From: Tubiluchus corallicola
Taxonomy: Eukaryota; Animalia; Priapulida
NCBI GenBank assembly: GCA_030141605.1
Contig: JAQGDQ010000353.1
Location: 1 to 64,000, forward strand
Length of the DNA stretch: 64,000 nt
Direction: 5' to 3'
Shown here: positions 43,328 to 56,776 of the stretch, one piece after another
Position numbering within the stretch: the stretch's first letter is position 1
Layout of the letters: the number at the start of each line of letters is the position of its first letter
The notes under the pieces: model-generated
What the model was told of the DNA's origin: nothing
The model's database searches: none
What the model saw: the letters and a program-made list of their open reading frames with translations, nothing else
Made by a program: the position numbers and the translations under genes

Positions 43328-44121
43328 ACTCTTATACTACCATATGCATTTAGATAATTACGTAATTAATGAAGAGATAACAGTAGTGATTCACTTGGCT
43401 TTAAAGTTATTCATTACAATTAAGCTACAGAAGTTTACGTTTCTACTATACATGGAATACTTCTTAACTAGCTTTAAGTAAAATAATATATAACTGTCCA
43501 ATCGGAAAGATGCTTTCCACAGTATTACTTATTCACAACAGGGTACGCAACCCATTGTTGGCACTTACGGGTTAAGTTGTTCTAATTAATGCTTGCCTAT
43601 TTTATCAATTTCATAAGATTTTGCCTGCAGAATTAACCATAAGAAGGATTCAATTCAAATTTGCTGCTTTCTTTGTTTTCCAATCGTCTCGTCGCGAACC
43701 GTTTCAGCCTTTTCTAATTAACCAGAAAAGAAGAGCAAATATGTCGACTTTCCTGGATGTCAAAAGGGGGCAGATGTAAAATTGAAATGTTTTCACGAGT
43801 GCCCGCTTCAGGAAATTCAAGTTTCACTGCCGGAAAAGCCCTTTCCCAAGCGACGCTCGGAGGTTAGAATGAAGGAAGCAGCAATGACAGTGAATGACTT
43901 TTAATGGGCGAAAATCATCGAAAATTGTCGAACACTCCTGCTAGCTTCCGCCACTAAAACATGTCGACTATTTTTGAAATGTAATTGACAGTAAGAAAAT
44001 CAGACCGAAATAAACTAAAGAAGATTCTCACAAAAGAGTCAGTAAGCAGAAACTTTGTCTTTAAAATAGTGAAATAGAAATTGAGGGGCCAGTTGAGCAT
44101 TGTGAAAACGTGGATGAACAT

Positions 44122-44860
44122 AAAGTCGATGTGAGGGCTGCATTTCTGGTTTCACGGGCCTAAGGCTGTCAACTAATGAAAAGCCTAAAGTCCTTCAATA
44201 TAATTAAACTGAAATGACATCAACACAACTTTCGTCTACCCCCGCCCCTGACTCCATAAAACGATTAAAAATGAAATTTTTTAAAAAAATTATGTAATGC
44301 AATACGTGTTATGTTAGTTTTGTAATGTTAAATGTATAGTGTAAATGTAATGAGTGAAATTTATGTAATGTAAAGCATGTTTCTGTTAATTGTGTCATGT
44401 CAAATGTATATATAGTGTAAAATATGTCATGTAAAATTTAATGTATTTTTGTAATATTGTTTTATAAAAATATTTTAATATGGTGTTTGTAAATATGTTC
44501 ATTTATTGTATATAATTAGGCCTTAGTTTTGCACTTTAGTTTTTTTAATATGCACTGGACGTATTTGTCTTGGACAGTGTGGTTATTTTAACATTGCGCT
44601 GAGGCTTACTCAATTTTATTATACTGAGTGAACCATTTTAATGACAAATAAAGAATTAATATATCATATATATATATATAACACCACACGCAAACAATAA
44701 AAAGAGACAAACAACTGTAAAGTCGATTTGAGGGCTCCATTTCTGGTTTCACGGGCCTAAGGCTGTCAACTAATGAAAAGCCTAAAGTCCTTCAATATAA
44801 TTAAACTGAAATGACATCAACACCACACGTAAACAACAAAAAGAGACAAACAACTGCAAA
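44122..44860. repeat. ~140-bp tandem duplication interrupted by a retroposon 3' tail (44227-44680)
   Basis: 44122-44226 matches 44720-44823; 44681-44719 matches 44820-44860; insert ends AATAAA...(TA)n. Confidence 0.75.
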
Positions 44861-46110
44861 CCTATCAATCTACAATGGCACACGCGTACAAAAATTACCA
44901 CTGTATTTGTTTGCACTTTAGTTTTTTCCTCTTTACAAAAAGGGAGGAAAGCAGTTATGGGTGGTGACTGAAAATCCGTGTTTTAAAATTCAACTGCGTG
45001 GTTCGCGAGGTGCAAATTTGTGTTTAAAATAAACTTTGTTAATATCGAAATTCCACTTAGAAAACAAGACCGATAAAGCTAAAACATGCGCATATATTAT
45101 TACATTACGGTATATTATTACATTACGCATGCGCATAGGTATATTATTACATTACGCATGCGCATAGGTATATTATTACATTACATATTATTACATTACG
45201 CAAACATTTCGCAAGAAATATCTACAAGGATTATATGAAAAAGATTGATTACATGATAATGGCAATGCGAGAAACGCATTTTTTACGTTTAAATAGAAAG
45301 AAAAATAGAGCAAAAATGCTACGTAAGAGCCATTGGCTACGTTACGTTAATGACTATGTCAAAATGAGCATGAGTGAAACAGTTTGCATAAATACTACAA
45401 AATACAAATATAATGACTACATACCGATAATTGGCTACGGATTATTCTCGATAAGGAGGAGGTGGAGAGTCATGACGCAATGTTACGTCACTTCAGCTAG
45501 TTAGAAAGTTAGAGTTACAAGATTATATCTGTATATACGTTGTGAGAAGGAAGCAAGTGATTACACGGCTAATTGGGTACAAAACTAGTTTACAAACGTT
45601 AGGAAAGATACTTGAACATGATCATGAACTGCGGTGTTAGTTTCTGATGTACAGCCCATTTTCGTAGCAGTAACGGTTAGTTTCTGACGTCATATGAGGT
45701 AGTGCACCTTTTCGTAACATCACCTGTTTAAGCAGTAACACTTATGCAAACGTGCTTGACGCGCAAGGGAAATGTTATTGTGCTATTATTGTCCTGTTAT
45801 TGCACAAACTGTGGTTAGTTTGTGACGTAAGGAATAGGTTGCCGTTAATTAACTTTCTAAGCTAATTATTTATATATAAGAAACAATTGCTAACTTTTAT
45901 AGGCAAGAAAACGTATATTTTGGACAGTAAATTAAAATGAGATTGAGTCTAAACAATCGTCCGGTTTTCCCTGAACGTATTTTTTGTTTTTTGTCATTAA
46001 TTAAGTCTTCTACTACGCTCATAGCACTGCAATGCATTGTTAATATGTAATCGTATGACTTGTATTTTGCTGTTTTGTGCTAAATGTATGAGCAAATAAA
46101 TCTAATATAT

Positions 46111-46517
46111 TGTAACGGATCCGGGGTTCCAGCGCTGATCCGTCTGAGGATGTATAGAGCGGAAATTTCGGATCCCACTTCTGACACCAGTGTAACGGGT
46201 CCGGGTTCCAGCGCGGATCCGGCTGTATAGAGTGGCATACAAGTTATGAAATACTTTACAGCAGACGAGAAAAGTAAAAAGAATACGGATGTAAAATAAA
46301 CTTTAATGTACAATCAGTAGCTCCATGACATGTGAACAAACTTTTGTATAAAAATTAGCAAACCTACAGCATTCACCTTTACAGACAGAAAGGCCAGGTT
46401 GAAATCGTCAAATTACGGCATGCATTCTGTTTTATACAGGTACATTTGCATTACTGGGCTTCTCGAGCATATCCATTACTAACATTAGGGGGTTGGTCAT
46501 AATCTGCCTTCGTAACA
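46111..46517 (-). mobile_element. Internally deleted LTR retrotransposon: 5' LTR (46191-46517) + tRNA-Leu PBS + last ~50 bp of 3' LTR
   Basis: Minus-strand PBS TGGTGTCAGAAGTGGGATCC 1 nt after LTR-terminal GTTACA; TG..CA ends; ATAT TSD; TATAAAA (46430-46436) and ATTAAA (46302-46307) on minus strand. Confidence 0.8.
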
Positions 46518-46785
46518 ATATTTTATGCTAATTATTCGTAGAACACAAAAAACATGATAAGCATTATGATGTAAATTAGTTCACGCTGTACATAGTAAGG
46601 GAAAAAACGTTTGTTAACTTGTTAAAGCAAATTAAAAATAATAATAATAAACATAGTACTACTGGGTAACAGAATACGCTCAGTGTGAATGAACGTAGAT
46701 AGTCCATATTTGTAATTTACTAATGATTTAATATATATATACATTATAATGTAATGTATATATATATATATATTAAGTCATTAGT

Positions 46786-46867
<82 letters not shown>

Positions 46868-47319
46868 CTGCATACGGCGAAATTAATAAGCTGGTGTGTT
46901 ACTGCTGGTGTTAATGAGACGCCTGCACGCCTGTATCTGTCACAAATGATTACCTGTCATCTGTATCACCTCCAATAATGAGTTATAATCAGAGGCAGAT
47001 ATTTCTTACGTTTCCTTGTCCAACACCCCAGAGAGGAAGTTTATCATGACAAATCCTCTCACACGAGCTGTATGTTTTTTGTCGTAATGAAAACGTACAT
47101 TTTATGACTATGGTGCCACCGTGGATTTTCAGGCGGCATTAGATGATCACACGCAGCCTGTCATTATTGCATGAAGACTATCATTAGCGAACCTCGCAAA
47201 AGCCAGTCAGTTTCCTACCTGCAGATCAGAGTGTCGTAATGAAGATGCTTTTGGGAGCTTGTAGGTTTATTACACGGCTTATTGGTCAGGCAAAAAGATG
47301 CTGGTACATGGGGGAATGG

Positions 47320-47876
47320 NNNNNNNNNNNNNNNNNNNNNNNNNNNNNNNNNNNNNNNNNNNNNNNNNNNNNNNNNNNNNNNNNNNNNNNNNNNNNNNNN
47401 NNNNNNNNNNNNNNNNNNNNNNNNNNNNNNNNNNNNNNNNNNNNNNNNNNNNNNNNNNNNNNNNNNNNNNNNNNNNNNNNNNNNNNNNNNNNNNNNNNNN
47501 NNNNNNNNNNNNNNNNNNNNNNNNNNNNNNNNNNNNNNNNNNNNNNNNNNNNNNNNNNNNNNNNNNNNNNNNNNNNNNNNNNNNNNNNNNNNNNNNNNNN
47601 NNNNNNNNNNNNNNNNNNNNNNNNNNNNNNNNNNNNNNNNNNNNNNNNNNNNNNNNNNNNNNNNNNNNNNNNNNNNNNNNNNNNNNNNNNNNNNNNNNNN
47701 NNNNNNNNNNNNNNNNNNNNNNNNNNNNNNNNNNNNNNNNNNNNNNNNNNNNNNNNNNNNNNNNNNNNNNNNNNNNNNNNNNNNNNNNNNNNNNNNNNNN
47801 NNNNNNNNNNNNNNNNNNNNNNNNNNNNNNNNNNNNNNNNNNNNNNNNNNNNNNNNNNNNNNNNNNNNNNNNNNNN
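47320..47876. other. Assembly gap (557 N), followed by (TTTC)n to ~48105
   Basis: Run of N. Confidence 1.
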
Positions 47877-47888
47877 CTACCTTTCTTA

Positions 47889-48102
<214 letters not shown>

Positions 48103-48690
48103 CTCTCCCTGTCGCTTGCTAATTCTCTGCTACTCTCTTTATCTTTGTGCTTCCCTCTTTTCACCTATGTCTCTTTCTCTCACTCTTTCATCTCTCGTTC
48201 CCCATTTCTGCCTTCTTCACTTTCACTCCTTTGTCTTTCTGTTGTCTTTGTTTGGTTTCAATGTAGCGTGTAGTTCTTTAGCTTTTCTGCTTTTGTTAAT
48301 TCTTGTCACTCTCTCTAGGTTCCAGATTAAACGTCGAGGTTTGTTTTTGTGAATGCAGTGACACGCTGAGAGCAGGTCTAGATGATCAAATGCTGAAAAA
48401 CTTCCCGACAGAAGAATTCATTAGAAAAAGATATTTAGTCGAATATTTTTCATTTTTTGCGATAATTTCATCATATATATATATATATATATATATACAA
48501 TACATATATATATTATATTATATATATTATTATATTATATTATACATATATAGATATATACATATACAATATATATTTTTTTTTCATGAACTTATCGCAA
48601 AAAATGAAAAAAAAAATATTGTATATGTATACGTATATATCTATATATGTATAATATAATATAATAATATATATAATATAATATATATGT

Positions 48691-48726
<36 letters not shown>

Positions 48727-48899
48727 GTACAGTATATGTATATATCTATATATATATAATATATATATATATATGCAATACGTATAATATACATTATATA
48801 TATATATATATATATATATACATGATTACAGAAATAAAGATTATATATAAATATATATTAGTATATATTAGGTATATATAGTATATATTAATTTATATA

Positions 48900-49325
48900 T
48901 ATATATATATATAATAATCTTTATTTGCCATTAAAATACATTGATAATCACTGAAAAAAGGCTTTACAGTGATGATCAATCAGCGTTAGTTAATAAACAT
49001 TTACACTGCTAAAGGCAAATGAGTCAGTGCGATATAAACTACTGTGTAGTAACCCGAAAAAATAGAAACGAAATTTAATGACGACTAAAAATAAAACGTA
49101 TTTACAATTGTTTAAAAAAATTCAAAAATTGATTTATTTAATTAATATGGCCGTGGATATAGAATTTTGAATTAGTGTGTGTGTTGTCGTACTGATGTGC
49201 TGGTATTTCATATCTGGTTAATATTAATGATTTTAGCTTTTTTTAAATGCTAATTGGACCCTGATTTGTTCAACCGGTATTGTTACGAATTCCAAAGTAG
49301 AATTGCTTGCTTGATTATAGGCTTA
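48900..49325 (-). mobile_element. CR1-group LINE 3' end, sister of 27207-27546
   Basis: Minus strand QAILLWNS...FKK.LKS, AATAAA and TA tail running into the 48470-48900 TA tract. Confidence 0.7.
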
Positions 49326-49576
49326 GTTCCCTAGTGGATCTTGCTGGTCCATTCTTGAAGCTTTTGCGAGGAATTGCTATTTGGGGACTTTTGCAAAAAA
49401 GGGTTTTTGTCCAGAAATGCTTTTCGATGCTTATTCCAAATAGATGTTTTCAATTTCAAATTTTTGCCCTGATTTTAATGAAATAATAATATAGCTGCTG
49501 ATGAACAGCACAAAAGACGATATGATTTGAGTTTATTTTAAACAATAACAGATAGTGAAATGACTCCATACAAAAA

Positions 49577-50562
49577 TTGCGATACGATTTCGATAAGTGA
49601 TAAGGTTTTGCGATACGATTTCGATAAACGATAAGGTTTTGCGATACGATTTCGATAAACGATAAGGATTTGCGATACGATTTCGATAAACGATAAGGAT
49701 TTGCGATACGATTTCGATAAACGATAAGGATTTGCGATACGATTTCGATAAACGATAAGGTTTTGCGATACGATTTCGATAAACGATAAGGTTTTGCGAT
49801 ACGATTTCGATAAACGATAAGGTTTTGCGGTACGATTTCGATAAAGGATAAGGCTTTGCGATACGATTTCGATAAACGATAAGGTTTTGCGATACGATTT
49901 CGATAAACGATAAGGTTTTGCGGTACGATTTCGATAAACGATAAGGTTTTGCGATACGATTTCGATAAACGATTAGAACTTGCGACACGATTTTGATAAA
50001 TGATAAGAACTTGCGATACGATTTTTATAAACGATAAGAACTTGCGATACGATTTTGATAAATGATAAGAACTTGCGATACGATTTCGATAAACGATAAG
50101 GATTTGCGATACGATTTCGATAAACGATAAGGTTTTGCGATACGATTTCGATAAACGATAAGGTTTTGCGATACGATTTCGATAAACGATAGGAATTTGT
50201 GATACGATTTCGATAAACGATAAGGATTTGCGATACGATTTCGATAAAGGATAAGGTTTTGCGATACGATTTCGATAAACGATAGGAATTTGTGATACGA
50301 TTTCGATAAACGATAAGTTTTTGCGATACGATTTCGATAAACGATGAGGTTTTGCGATACGATTTCGATAAACGATAAGGATTTGCGATACGATTTCGAT
50401 AAACGATAAGGTTTTGCGATACGATTTCGATAAACGATAAGGATTTGCGATACGATTTCGATAAACGATAAGGTTTTGCGATACGATTTCGATAAACGAT
50501 AAGGTTTTGCGATACGATTTCGATAAACGATAAGGACTTTCGATACAATTTCGATTTCGATC
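49577..50562. repeat. 31-bp CGAT-rich tandem array, ~31 units
   Basis: Unit GCGATACGATTTCGATAAACGATAAGG(T/A)TTT. Confidence 0.98.
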
Positions 50563-50595
50563 AGCGTTTTACAAAATTGTTTTACAAGCTTTGAA

Positions 50596-51030
50596 CACAC
50601 TGTACTACAGTGTACACAGTGTACTACAGTGTACACAGTGTACTACAGTGTACACAGTGTACTACAGTGTACACAGTGTACTACAGTGTACACAGTGTAC
50701 TACAGTGTACACAGTGTACTACAGTGTACACAGTGTACTACAGTGTACACAGTGTACACAGTGTACTACAGTGTACTACAGTGTACACAGTGTACTACAG
50801 TGTACACAGTGTACTACAGTGTACACAGTGTACTACAGTGTACACACTGTACTACAGTGTACACAGTGTACTACAGTGTACACAGTGTACTACAGTGTAC
50901 ACAGTGTACTACAGTGTACACAGTGTACTACAGTGTACACACTGTACTACAGTGTACACAGTGTACTACAGTGTACACAGTGTACTACAGTGTACTACAA
51001 TGTACACTGTACTACACACTGTACACAGTG
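50596..51030. repeat. 19-bp tandem array ACAGTGTACACAGTGTACT
   Basis: Direct inspection. Confidence 0.98.
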
Positions 51031-51154
51031 CAAACTGCGAAGCATCATTTTATGTAATTAATGCTACCAAGTTTTAAAGTTAGTAACACGATAATAAAAA
51101 CTGTTGTTCTCAATTTGTTTATTGTTGCTAGGGCATACAAATTGATGAAATGAC

Positions 51155-51313
51155 ACATCGATTTCGATATCGATACTCAGACTGTCCCGATTTTCTGTGG
51201 TGATAATCATTTATTTTATCGATTCGATAATTGACCAAAAAAATCGATTTTGTTTTGTATCGATTGAAAAATCGATTTTTCGTCGTTAAAACGATAATCG
51301 ATTCCCACCACTA
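51155..51313. mobile_element. hAT-like MITE right end with ATCGAT subterminal motifs
   Basis: Clustered ATCGAT/CGAT ending ATCGATTCCCACCACTA (TAGTGGTGGG on the minus strand). Confidence 0.55.
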
Positions 51314-53010
51314 ATAACAGATACCTTCTGAGGCCACACTAATCGATCTTTGCCTGATTCTCCTGCACGTTGCATTAATGGTTCCGGGTTTTGCATGTAC
51401 CGTCGGATGTTGCCGCTTAATATCCGGATCAATTCTGACAAACACTTGCCCTCATTCGCCCTTCTATTAGGCTGTCATAACAACCCATTTCGACAAAACT
51501 GCTCCGGAAAATGCACCGTTACTAACCTATTATCCTACTCGTTAACAGAACTTGACATATGTTACATCATCAAATACGTATCGTCGGTAAGCAAATCACG
51601 CAGCCAACTCTCTTCTCTCTAAAAAGAGGGGATATGGTACTCTCTGCCTCCTGGTTTCGAAGTGACAGTGGCAAGATGGAGTTACGTTTCGTAATCTGGA
51701 AGATGGTTGCTGTCGAGAATCTGAAATGTACGTAATCTCAGAATGTAAAACTGGACTTTATACAAACGCCTATAACGTCTCCAGTGGGTTTCGAAATTTA
51801 ATTAGGGAAGACGGAATTTGCATGACAATGATTAGCGAACGCAAGGTGACTGCAGTATGAAATCTTTCCAATGTTAGAGTCGCATGGTCATTTCTGAAAT
51901 TGTGAGATCAGTAAACTCGGGGTTTCTACCACTCGAAGAGACATCACCTTGCAATGTTTCACCTTCTTTATCACTAGGTGTCACCATGCTATCATTGTTT
52001 ACATGTTGATGGCGCCATCTAGCGCTAACGTTAGCCATTACTCGTTAGCTCTAACGTTAGCTAGAATACCAGGGCTAGAGTTAGAGGCATTGCAAGTTTA
52101 ACGTAGAAATTAAATTACTCGACATTTAAAAACTGAATTAAAATGAACGACCAGAATGTATGACAAACAATCTAAGTTTTCTAAGAAGACATCAGTCTAG
52201 TTTTTCATTTCTCTCTATTTTGATAGCTGGTAATAGTAACTTTGACTGCTTTTTTAGATATCAGTGTGATATATGTCGACATATAAGTTCAATGTCGTAC
52301 AAAAATATACAAAAGAAATACAAAACTATTATTATTCACAAGCAAAATGAAGATGAAGTATAGAGTGTGAAGCAAAAATATTAAAAAATCGAGTCTTTTG
52401 CTTAATATTCTTATGATATGAAGGTGTTGGCGTCTGCTAACTTATTCAGCTGTTTAATTTGCCGTGAATTAGGTCTACATATTTATCTTTTCTTATTTGA
52501 CCAATAAAAATCGTTATTTGCGCCCTAACTAAAAAACATGATAATCAAGTAGTAATATACAAACTAAAATGATAAAAGTATCAAAAAATGTGACAATTAC
52601 ATTACGATATCATGCAATATAAAATCAAAATTTAATAGAAACAAAGTAGAAACTTTCATTTGTCTTTCAAATGTTGAACTTTTTTCAACGTTTTTTATGT
52701 CATATGGAATATTGTTCAACGGCGCTGTTATATTTAATGAAATGTTTCAATTACTGATGATTTGGTAACATGAAACTTGAAGTGCTTCTGTACTTTTGTT
52801 TCTTTTATGCACATCAATGGCAAATTTTTCTTTTTTCTAGCTATTGTATGAAACAAAATATTACAAATTCTTGATTATTCTGTATTCACTGTTTATATTT
52901 TTGCTCTGCAGCAAAAGTTTAAAATGATTAACACTCAATAAAAATGCATAAAACTGAGTGATAGGTAAATAAGGAAGACACTGAGAGTTTTGGCTTCACA
53001 CGGCCATAAG

Positions 53011-54234
53011 TACAGGGTGTCCCATAAAACACTATACACTTTACATTTTCAATATTTTTTTACAAACAAAGCAAAATGTTTGAAAATTGGTACAAATGAA
53101 CCAAGACTTTGGACAATTCAGTTAGTCAAATTAGACGAAAATCTGAACTTTGCTGTTTTTGCCTCTTCCTAAAGCACAGTTTTGCTATTTTTGTCTCTTC
53201 TTAAAGGACAGTCTTACTATTTTTGCGTATTCCTAAAGGACAGCCTTGCTATTTTTGCCTCTTAAAGGACAGTCTTGCTGTTTTTGCCTCTTAAAGGACA
53301 GTCTTGCTATTTTTGCCTCTTAAAGGACAGTCTTGCTATTTTTGCCTCTTCTTAAAGGACAATCTTGCTATTTTTGCCTCTTCCTAAAGGACAGTTTTGC
53401 TATTTTTGTCTCTTCCTAAAGGACAGTCTTGCTGTTTTTGCCTCTTTAAAGGACAGCCTTGCTATTTTTGCCTCTTAAAGGACAGCCTTGCTGTTTTTGC
53501 CTCCTAAAGGACAGTCTTGCTATTTTTGTCTCTCCTTAAAGAACAGTCTTGCTATTTTTGCCTCTTCCTAAAGGACAGTTGTGCTATTTTTGTCTCTTCT
53601 TAAAAGACAGTCTTACTATTTTTGTCTCTCCTTAAAGGACAGTCTTGCTATTTTTGCCTCTTCCTAAAGGACAGTTTTGCTATTTTTGTCTCTTCTTAAA
53701 AGACAGTCTTACTATTTTTGTCTCTCCTTAAAGAACAGTCTTGCTATTTTTGCCTCTTCCTAAAGGACAGTCTTGCTGTTTTTGCCTCTACTTAGAGGAC
53801 AGTCTTGCTGTGTTTGCCTCTATTTAGAGGACAGTCTTCTTACTATTTTTGTCTCTTCTTAAAGGGCCTCAAGAGCTTCTTCAACAGCCAGTCCACTGCT
53901 AGTTCTACGTCTTGCATTGAGGAAGTCTCTTTCAGACCATGACTGGTGAAGAAATGGCTGCATCTTGTTGAAAAACTACATTGTTAACTGTGAAATAAGA
54001 ACATGGTAATTTCAGCTGAATTTCAATTGGTAATTGAAGGACCTCATGCTAGACTAATTTTGCATCTTATTTTGAAGGTTACTCTCGTCGCCATGGCAAC
54101 GAGGTTCCAAGCAAAAATTCTTGAAAAGAATAGTCGAGTTTTTTAATTTTATACGAGAGGTTGCAGAGATTAGAGAAAAATTTAAAAAGTAAGTCAGAAA
54201 ACGAAGTGTATAGCTACTTTTGAGACACCCTGTA
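53011..54234 (+). mobile_element. Tc1/mariner-type MITE M1 containing a ~35-38-bp array (53148-53865)
   Basis: TA-CAGGGTGTCCCA...TACACTT / AAGTGTA...TGAGACACCCTG-TA; array unit TAAAGGACAGTCTTGCTATTTTTGCCTCTTCC. Confidence 0.88.
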
Positions 54235-54702
54235 TATGAGTTTTCCATTCTGCGGCACACATCATCAAATTTACAAATTGGTCAGAAGTTCAGGAGGACC
54301 TCTGGCATGCTTTCTCATTGCAGAAATGTCTTCCCCAGGGTAGCCGTCACCGTATGTAACCTACTCTTACAGAGAAGCTAATGGACGTTCTCTTTGTCAT
54401 CAAAGGGTTAACAAAGCTGACAAAATGGCTAATTTATGCAAACATAATCGCTAGTTACCGGAGACTGCGAAGGAAACTCTAATTAGCGATGAGCATAAAT
54501 TAAAATTAGTTTCTGTCTGTTGTGGGGAAGTGATCTCTATGGACCATATCATCTCATCTTCAGTAAAATTTGAACCAGGTAAAGCACGTTAAATTTCTGG
54601 CTGCAACAAATTGTCTGACGTAAAGTATCTCAGATAATTTTTTCCGCGTACAACGAGTTTCTGTATGAAGCAGACTGTATCTTCATTAACCTCAGTAAAC
54701 AA

Positions 54703-55687
54703 CAGTGGCGGCGTGTAGTTAAAGTTAGTTGTGGTGCTGCTTCAGAAAATTTTTTGCCATTGTCTTAGTACTTAGTACCACGTTACCATTGGTTAGAAAC
54801 GATATAAGAGTAAATCTCGAACGCAGCTTAGAAAATAATGACATTCGAAACATTTACAGAAAGAGAGACACTAATGTAATTAAAATGTATATAGATATTG
54901 TAAAAGAACTAACCAAAAATGATCTTATAATAAATTGATTATACATTGATTATAAATATTGGATATATATTTAGAATAAGTAAATCGTAATGCAAAATTG
55001 TCAGCTTGTTTAGTAAGAAATTTATTTAATGTACATAGTGTATAGACTTATTTAACATTTTTGTACTTTTGTGCCCTGCAAATAGAGGGCTTCTTGTATA
55101 ATTTTCAATAAAGATTTTTAATAATTAATTATAATTAATACTGTGTAAAACGTAACAAACATATGTAATTTTAATGTTGTAGTTATATTTGAAGATCGGG
55201 TGTTGAACGACTTCTTTTCTTAACTGCAACTTTCTCATGAAGAGACAATTGTGAAAAATTAAGCTGTTGTAGTTCACTTTCAGTCACAGAACTTATTTTT
55301 TGGGGATGCAAGGGGCCCATTATTAAATAATTCATATTTTAAGGACACACGCTAACTTTACACTTTATCACATCCAACAACATGACGATACATGGTAAGC
55401 ACGTGGCAATTGTTACTGTGATTGAGACAGTACGTTTCTACCTAGCAGCAGACGATAGCGTACGGCGTGTTATTTCAGACATGTGCGCATGGCCACATGC
55501 GCACAACAACCAAACACTACGTTGCTTGGGCTGTGAAGCAAATTGTACTTCCCTCACGTGCTCCGGTTCTGCACAAGTATAAAAAAGAACTAAAGAAAAA
55601 GACTTATTATATTGAATTTTATCGATAATAATGAGTGGAAACAGGGGGTGCTGCAGTACCACAGTACCTACACAGGAGCCACCACTG
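54703..55687 (+). mobile_element. hAT-type MITE H1, full length with internal insertions
   Basis: CAGTGGCGGC ... GCCACCACTG; perfect 8-bp TSD GTAAACAA at 54695-54702 and 55688-55695. Confidence 0.88.
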
Positions 55688-56315
55688 GTAAACAATTTCT
55701 AGGTGACACGTGAGCAAAACGATTGCCTTTTATTTTTCTAATCAAGTTTTGTTTAAGACGATTTTTGTTGGAGCTTGCAGAAGACATCAGGATCATTTTA
55801 TCAGAGAGAGAAAGCTAAGCACGTTTAAAGCAAACTAAACTCAGTCTTAAACTGGTCAAAACAATTTGTTCTTTAAAATATTGAAGGAAATGGTGGGAGT
55901 AGTTTGCTAGAGATATCAGATATTTATATTTAATATATCAGATATCAATATTTAAGACTGACGCATTTCATATCAGATAGAAGCTACTGTAAGCGCTTAG
56001 TACGAAACATAAAGTCATGTATGCATTGAAATATTTTACAATTAGCAGTTTTACAGTTAAAAATTGGTTTGTCTGACTTTTGCTGAGAGTATTTTGCTAG
56101 AGATATCGATCAGTTTCTTACAGGCTGCAATGCTCAGTTTCTCATTTCAACTTTAACTCAGCAGTAACTCAAAAGAAAAGCAATAAAACTGCTGAAGTGG
56201 CACAAGAAGCCAAAATAAACCGACCGAAGTTCGTAAAAACTGCAGTGACTTTTCCTTGGATCGTAAAGAATTGAGCTATTGTGAGGAATTCGTCCAAGTT
56301 TTTCTCAATTTTAGC

Positions 56316-56776
56316 TTAAAGGACAAGAAAAGGCCTAGTTAAAGCAAGTCGCAGAAAATTTTCGCTAAAGAATTGTAATGGTTAGAGGCAATCTTAAGCG
56401 TTTATCATACTCACGTTAAAAGAATTTCCGTTTGTTTTCATTTTAAATACTCCCGCGAGACTGTCACGGCGGCGCCATGTTAGATGACGTCACAGAACCA
56501 CAACACAAATCTTTATAGTACACGTGCTCAGAACTCACGCGACTGTGTTCGAGTGATGTCATACCACGTGATCAGTCGCAAGCTGGTTTTTCAATTGGCA
56601 GACTAAATGAAACATGTCTGCTGCAACGTTTGCTGCAGCGGGTGAAATATTTTACAAAATTGGAGTAAATGCGAAAACGTGAGTACTTTATTCGCTTAAG
56701 ATTATACTTAGGTGTATAATTTTTTATTGCGAATTTTCTAAGACTTACTTTGATTGGCCATTTTCTTGTCCTTTAT
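56316..56776 (+). mobile_element. Kolobok-type MITE K4
   Basis: TTAA-AGGACAAGAAAAGGCC / GGCCATTTTCTTGTCCT-TTAT; sister at 61608-62067. Confidence 0.85.

Noticed and set aside
46165-46190. tRNA-Leu gene
   Set aside because: Only the 3'-terminal ~18 nt including CCA are present, next to an LTR end; this is a primer-binding site
53148-53865. Array unit resembling Kolobok termini (TTAAAGGACA)
   Set aside because: Match is only ~10 bp, and the unit maps to an internal segment of the mariner-type MITE; likely coincidence
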